Shown here piece after piece: positions 26,034-28,375 of a stretch of DNA of 28,375 nt. A program made the position numbers and the translations under genes. The stretch is taken from IMG/VR virus record IMGVR_UViG_3300020043_002178, positions 1-28,375 of that record; one strand, 5' to 3'. The notes below the pieces were generated by a model, which ran no database searches, was not told where the DNA came from, and worked only from the letters and a program-made list of their open reading frames with translations. Position 1 is the first letter of the stretch; every line of letters starts with the position of its first letter. This DNA comes from a virus. Taxonomy: Duplodnaviria > Caudoviricetes.

Positions 26034-26603
26034 ATGGCAAATATTGATGAAGATATTTTAATCACGTGCGCGGACGAAAACCGTAGAGGCGGCATAAAAC
26101 GCGTGTTCTTGGCAAATGCCGATAAGATTACTTCTTTTACACCAAGCGGAACAAATCACAGTTATACTTCTGTAACTATGGATTCAACCGCTGATGAATG
26201 GTTCGAAGTACAAGGTGAGTTCGAGAAAAAAGTATTAACTGGTGAAGGTTCTATCGAGAATGGTTCATCTGTAAGTACAAACACTTTAACTATCCATGTT
26301 CCGAAAATTGAGAAAGTAAAAGGTAATGCAATTCAAGAATTGTTCAACTCATGTAAAGTAGTTGCGATTGTTGAAACATATACCGACACTGGAACTTACA
26401 ACCAAGCGTTAGTTATTGGTTACGATGATATTTTAGGCGTTGACGCTGGTTTAAGAATGTCAGTAAATCAATCAATTGAAGGTGAGTTGCAAGGATTAAA
26501 CGGGTACGATTTAACCTTTACTGGTAAATCTGCTGAAGTTTTCCGCGAGTTTGTTGGCGCAATCACTAGCAATAGTTCAGGTTCTGTGAGCTTTGGTTCA
26601 TAG
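26034..26603 (+). CDS. putative major tail tube protein
   Basis: 189 aa, beta-rich; C....GGIKRVFL and NGYDLTFTG; followed by a terminator. Confidence 0.65.
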   Translation: MANIDEDILITCADENRRGGIKRVFLANADKITSFTPSGTNHSYTSVTMDSTADEWFEVQGEFEKKVLTGEGSIENGSSVSTNTLTIHVPKIEKVKGNAIQELFNSCKVVAIVETYTDTGTYNQALVIGYDDILGVDAGLRMSVNQSIEGELQGLNGYDLTFTGKSAEVFREFVGAITSNSSGSVSFGS

Positions 26604-26625
26604 TTAAATAGTCAATAATAAAATT

Positions 26626-26659
26626 AGGGAGAATCGTAAAAAAGTTCTCCCTTTTTTTT
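26626..26659 (+). terminator. intrinsic terminator
   Basis: AGGGAGAA...TTCTCCCT stem running into a T8 tract (26652-26659). Confidence 0.8.
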
Positions 26660-26666
26660 AAATTTG
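26659..26666 (+). promoter_or_regulatory. possible -7 element (TAAATTTG) for the portal gene
   Basis: TAnnTTTG starts at the end of the terminator T-tract, 5 nt before ATG 26672. Confidence 0.4.
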
Positions 26667-26671
26667 TTGTT

Positions 26672-27979
26672 ATGGTAGAAGGCACAAAAAAACATAACGT
26701 AAAAGCATCTTCTTTAGTTCTTGTAGATACTAATGTAAAGCAGGAGAAAAAGAATGAGCAAAGCGTTTCAGATACCCCGTGGATTCCGTTTTTCAAAGAT
26801 TCAAACAATATTTATATCAATGATTTAGCTTTACGCGCTAGACGTTCTCCTGTTCATGGCTCAATCATTAGAAGTAAGATTTCTTATGCTTGCGGTCAAG
26901 GATTTGAATTCAAGGTAAAAGGCAAAGAATATAAGTTCGATGAACTAGATATTAAATACAAAAAATGGTTTCAGCAATGCAATGCGGATGGCCAAAGTTT
27001 TAATGATGTGTTTCGCAATATAATGACAAACTTTATAATGCTTGCAAATGCTTATCCTTGGGTTGTTAGAACAGCTAGAGATGGTGTGTTTGGCTTGTAT
27101 AGTGAAGATGGTACAAAGGTTAGAATATCAAAGGATAAAAAGAAAACATATCGCTCTTCATTTTGGAGAGAGAATTTGAACAATAAAAGCGTAAGCAAAG
27201 ATACGCCGATTGATAGCGATGTTGATTTATATAGAGGCATCAAAACGCAAAGAGAGTATTTAGTACACATCAAACAATACTATCCTGAATTCGATTACTA
27301 CGGAATACCTGAATATATACAGGCTTTAGAATGGGCAGACGTTGAGTATAATATTCCTAGATTTAACAACAATAAGTTTAAAAACGGGTTCTTTCCTAGC
27401 GCATTAGTGCAATTGTTTTCTAATCCACCTGAAGGAATGGAAGCAGAGGATTATGTACGTAAAATAGTGAATAGATTTAGTGGTGAAGATAACAACAGCA
27501 AGATAATTGTTGAAATGTTAGATTCCCCTGAACAAGCTGCTAAAATACATGAGTTTGGAAGCGGAAAGGATGGCGAATTTATCGACTTAGATAAGTTAGC
27601 TACAGAAAACATTATATCTGGCCATAGATGGTCATCAGCTTTAGTTAAAGAAACGGGCGGTAAATTAGGAGGCAATCAACAGCTTATTAATGAGTATCAA
27701 AAAGTAATGAACGGAGTTGTAGTGCCTGACTTTCAAACGCCAGTATTAAGAGAAGTTAATAAGATATTGAGCCGAGAATTTAACGAAGATATAGAGATTA
27801 GTATTATTCAATTAGCACCGCTTGGTGTTGATTCAAATATTGATGTTAATGCTGTTATGACTATTAACGAAGCGCGTGAAAGAATAGGTTTAGAATCGTT
27901 TATGGAAGAGGGAGAAGAAAGAGGAAATGAATTGGTGAAGAGTACAAACAAACAAAACACTTCTAACAATGGCCTTTAA
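26672..27979 (+). CDS. portal protein
   Basis: SPVHGSII..K..Y..GQG, YYGIPEY, FKNGFFPS, FSGEDN, IISGHRW, MTINEARERIGL (HK97-like portal motifs). Confidence 0.85.
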   Translation: MVEGTKKHNVKASSLVLVDTNVKQEKKNEQSVSDTPWIPFFKDSNNIYINDLALRARRSPVHGSIIRSKISYACGQGFEFKVKGKEYKFDELDIKYKKWFQQCNADGQSFNDVFRNIMTNFIMLANAYPWVVRTARDGVFGLYSEDGTKVRISKDKKKTYRSSFWRENLNNKSVSKDTPIDSDVDLYRGIKTQREYLVHIKQYYPEFDYYGIPEYIQALEWADVEYNIPRFNNNKFKNGFFPSALVQLFSNPPEGMEAEDYVRKIVNRFSGEDNNSKIIVEMLDSPEQAAKIHEFGSGKDGEFIDLDKLATENIISGHRWSSALVKETGGKLGGNQQLINEYQKVMNGVVVPDFQTPVLREVNKILSREFNEDIEISIIQLAPLGVDSNIDVNAVMTINEARERIGLESFMEEGEERGNELVKSTNKQNTSNNGL

Positions 27980-28375
27980 CACTGAAATAATTACATCGCA
28001 AGAATGTGTAGATATTGCTTTGCAAAACAATATTAATTTTGATAAGGCAATACTAGATAAATACATTATAAACGCTCAAAGAACGTATTTAAAAAGTACA
28101 ATTGGAGAAGATTATTATGATGAGATTTTGGACATGGTAGAAACAACATCTACAATGACTAGCGACAATCAAACCGTAATCGACAATTTTATTAAGCCAA
28201 TGTTGGCTTTCTTTGTTGTTTGGGAGGCAATGCCCGAAAGTAGAAACAACATAACCAATCAAGGCATAATGATTAATAGAACCGAGTTCACGAATCAAAG
28301 TGACAAGTTCGATTTTAGTACACTAAGAAATGCGGTATTTAGACAGGGTGAAATTTACATGAGAGATTTAGTTGA
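27969..28375 (+). CDS. putative head-tail adaptor protein (partial; runs off the window; not in the ORF track)
   Basis: ATG 27969 gives MAFNTEIITSQECVDIAL...YIINAQRTYLKSTIGEDYYDEI...FIKPMLA...ITNQGI, open to the window end; follows the portal. Confidence 0.65.
   Translation, partial: MAFNTEIITSQECVDIALQNNINFDKAILDKYIINAQRTYLKSTIGEDYYDEILDMVETTSTMTSDNQTVIDNFIKPMLAFFVVWEAMPESRNNITNQGIMINRTEFTNQSDKFDFSTLRNAVFRQGEIYMRDLV

Noticed and set aside
25998-26036. Capsid-tail tube fusion by readthrough or hop (same frame, TAC...TAC match)
   Set aside because: In-frame TGA and TAA lie in the spacer; landing at TAC 26010 still hits TAA before ATG 26034.
44-28298. Minus-strand ORFs in the track, and nested + ORFs at 11849 and 24437
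   Set aside because: All lie over well-supported + strand genes and have shadow-like composition (for example 21683..22369 opposite the tape measure coiled coil).
1-28375. tRNA, rRNA, CRISPR array, integrase or IS element
   Set aside because: None recognised; intergenic gaps are all under about 70 nt, leaving no room.

Overview
This window is a 28.4-kb segment of an AT-rich tailed dsDNA phage with siphovirus-type genes, all on the + strand. The host is probably Bacteroidota, based on TAnnTTTG promoter motifs in the intergenic gaps and little Shine-Dalgarno usage. Gene order: SF4 helicase and small early genes, PD-(D/E)XK nuclease, FkbM methyltransferase, terS, free-standing HNH endonuclease, terL, a tail-chaperone-like G/GT pair with a -1 slippery site, a 13-gene glycan synthesis/modification cluster, tail genes, tape measure, ClpP-type prohead protease, major capsid, tail tube, portal and a partial head-tail adaptor. 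The most striking feature is in terL. Its Walker A motif (GGTSAG|KT) is split by a 36-nt in-frame insert with three stop codons, bounded by matching GGA codons. The insert holds a GAAA-tetraloop hairpin and is flanked by 5' and 3' stem-loops, and it lies directly behind the HNH gene. This resembles the T4 gene 60 ribosomal bypass plus mobA cassette and is a candidate new translational-bypass element. All functional calls come from motifs read by eye; no database search was run.
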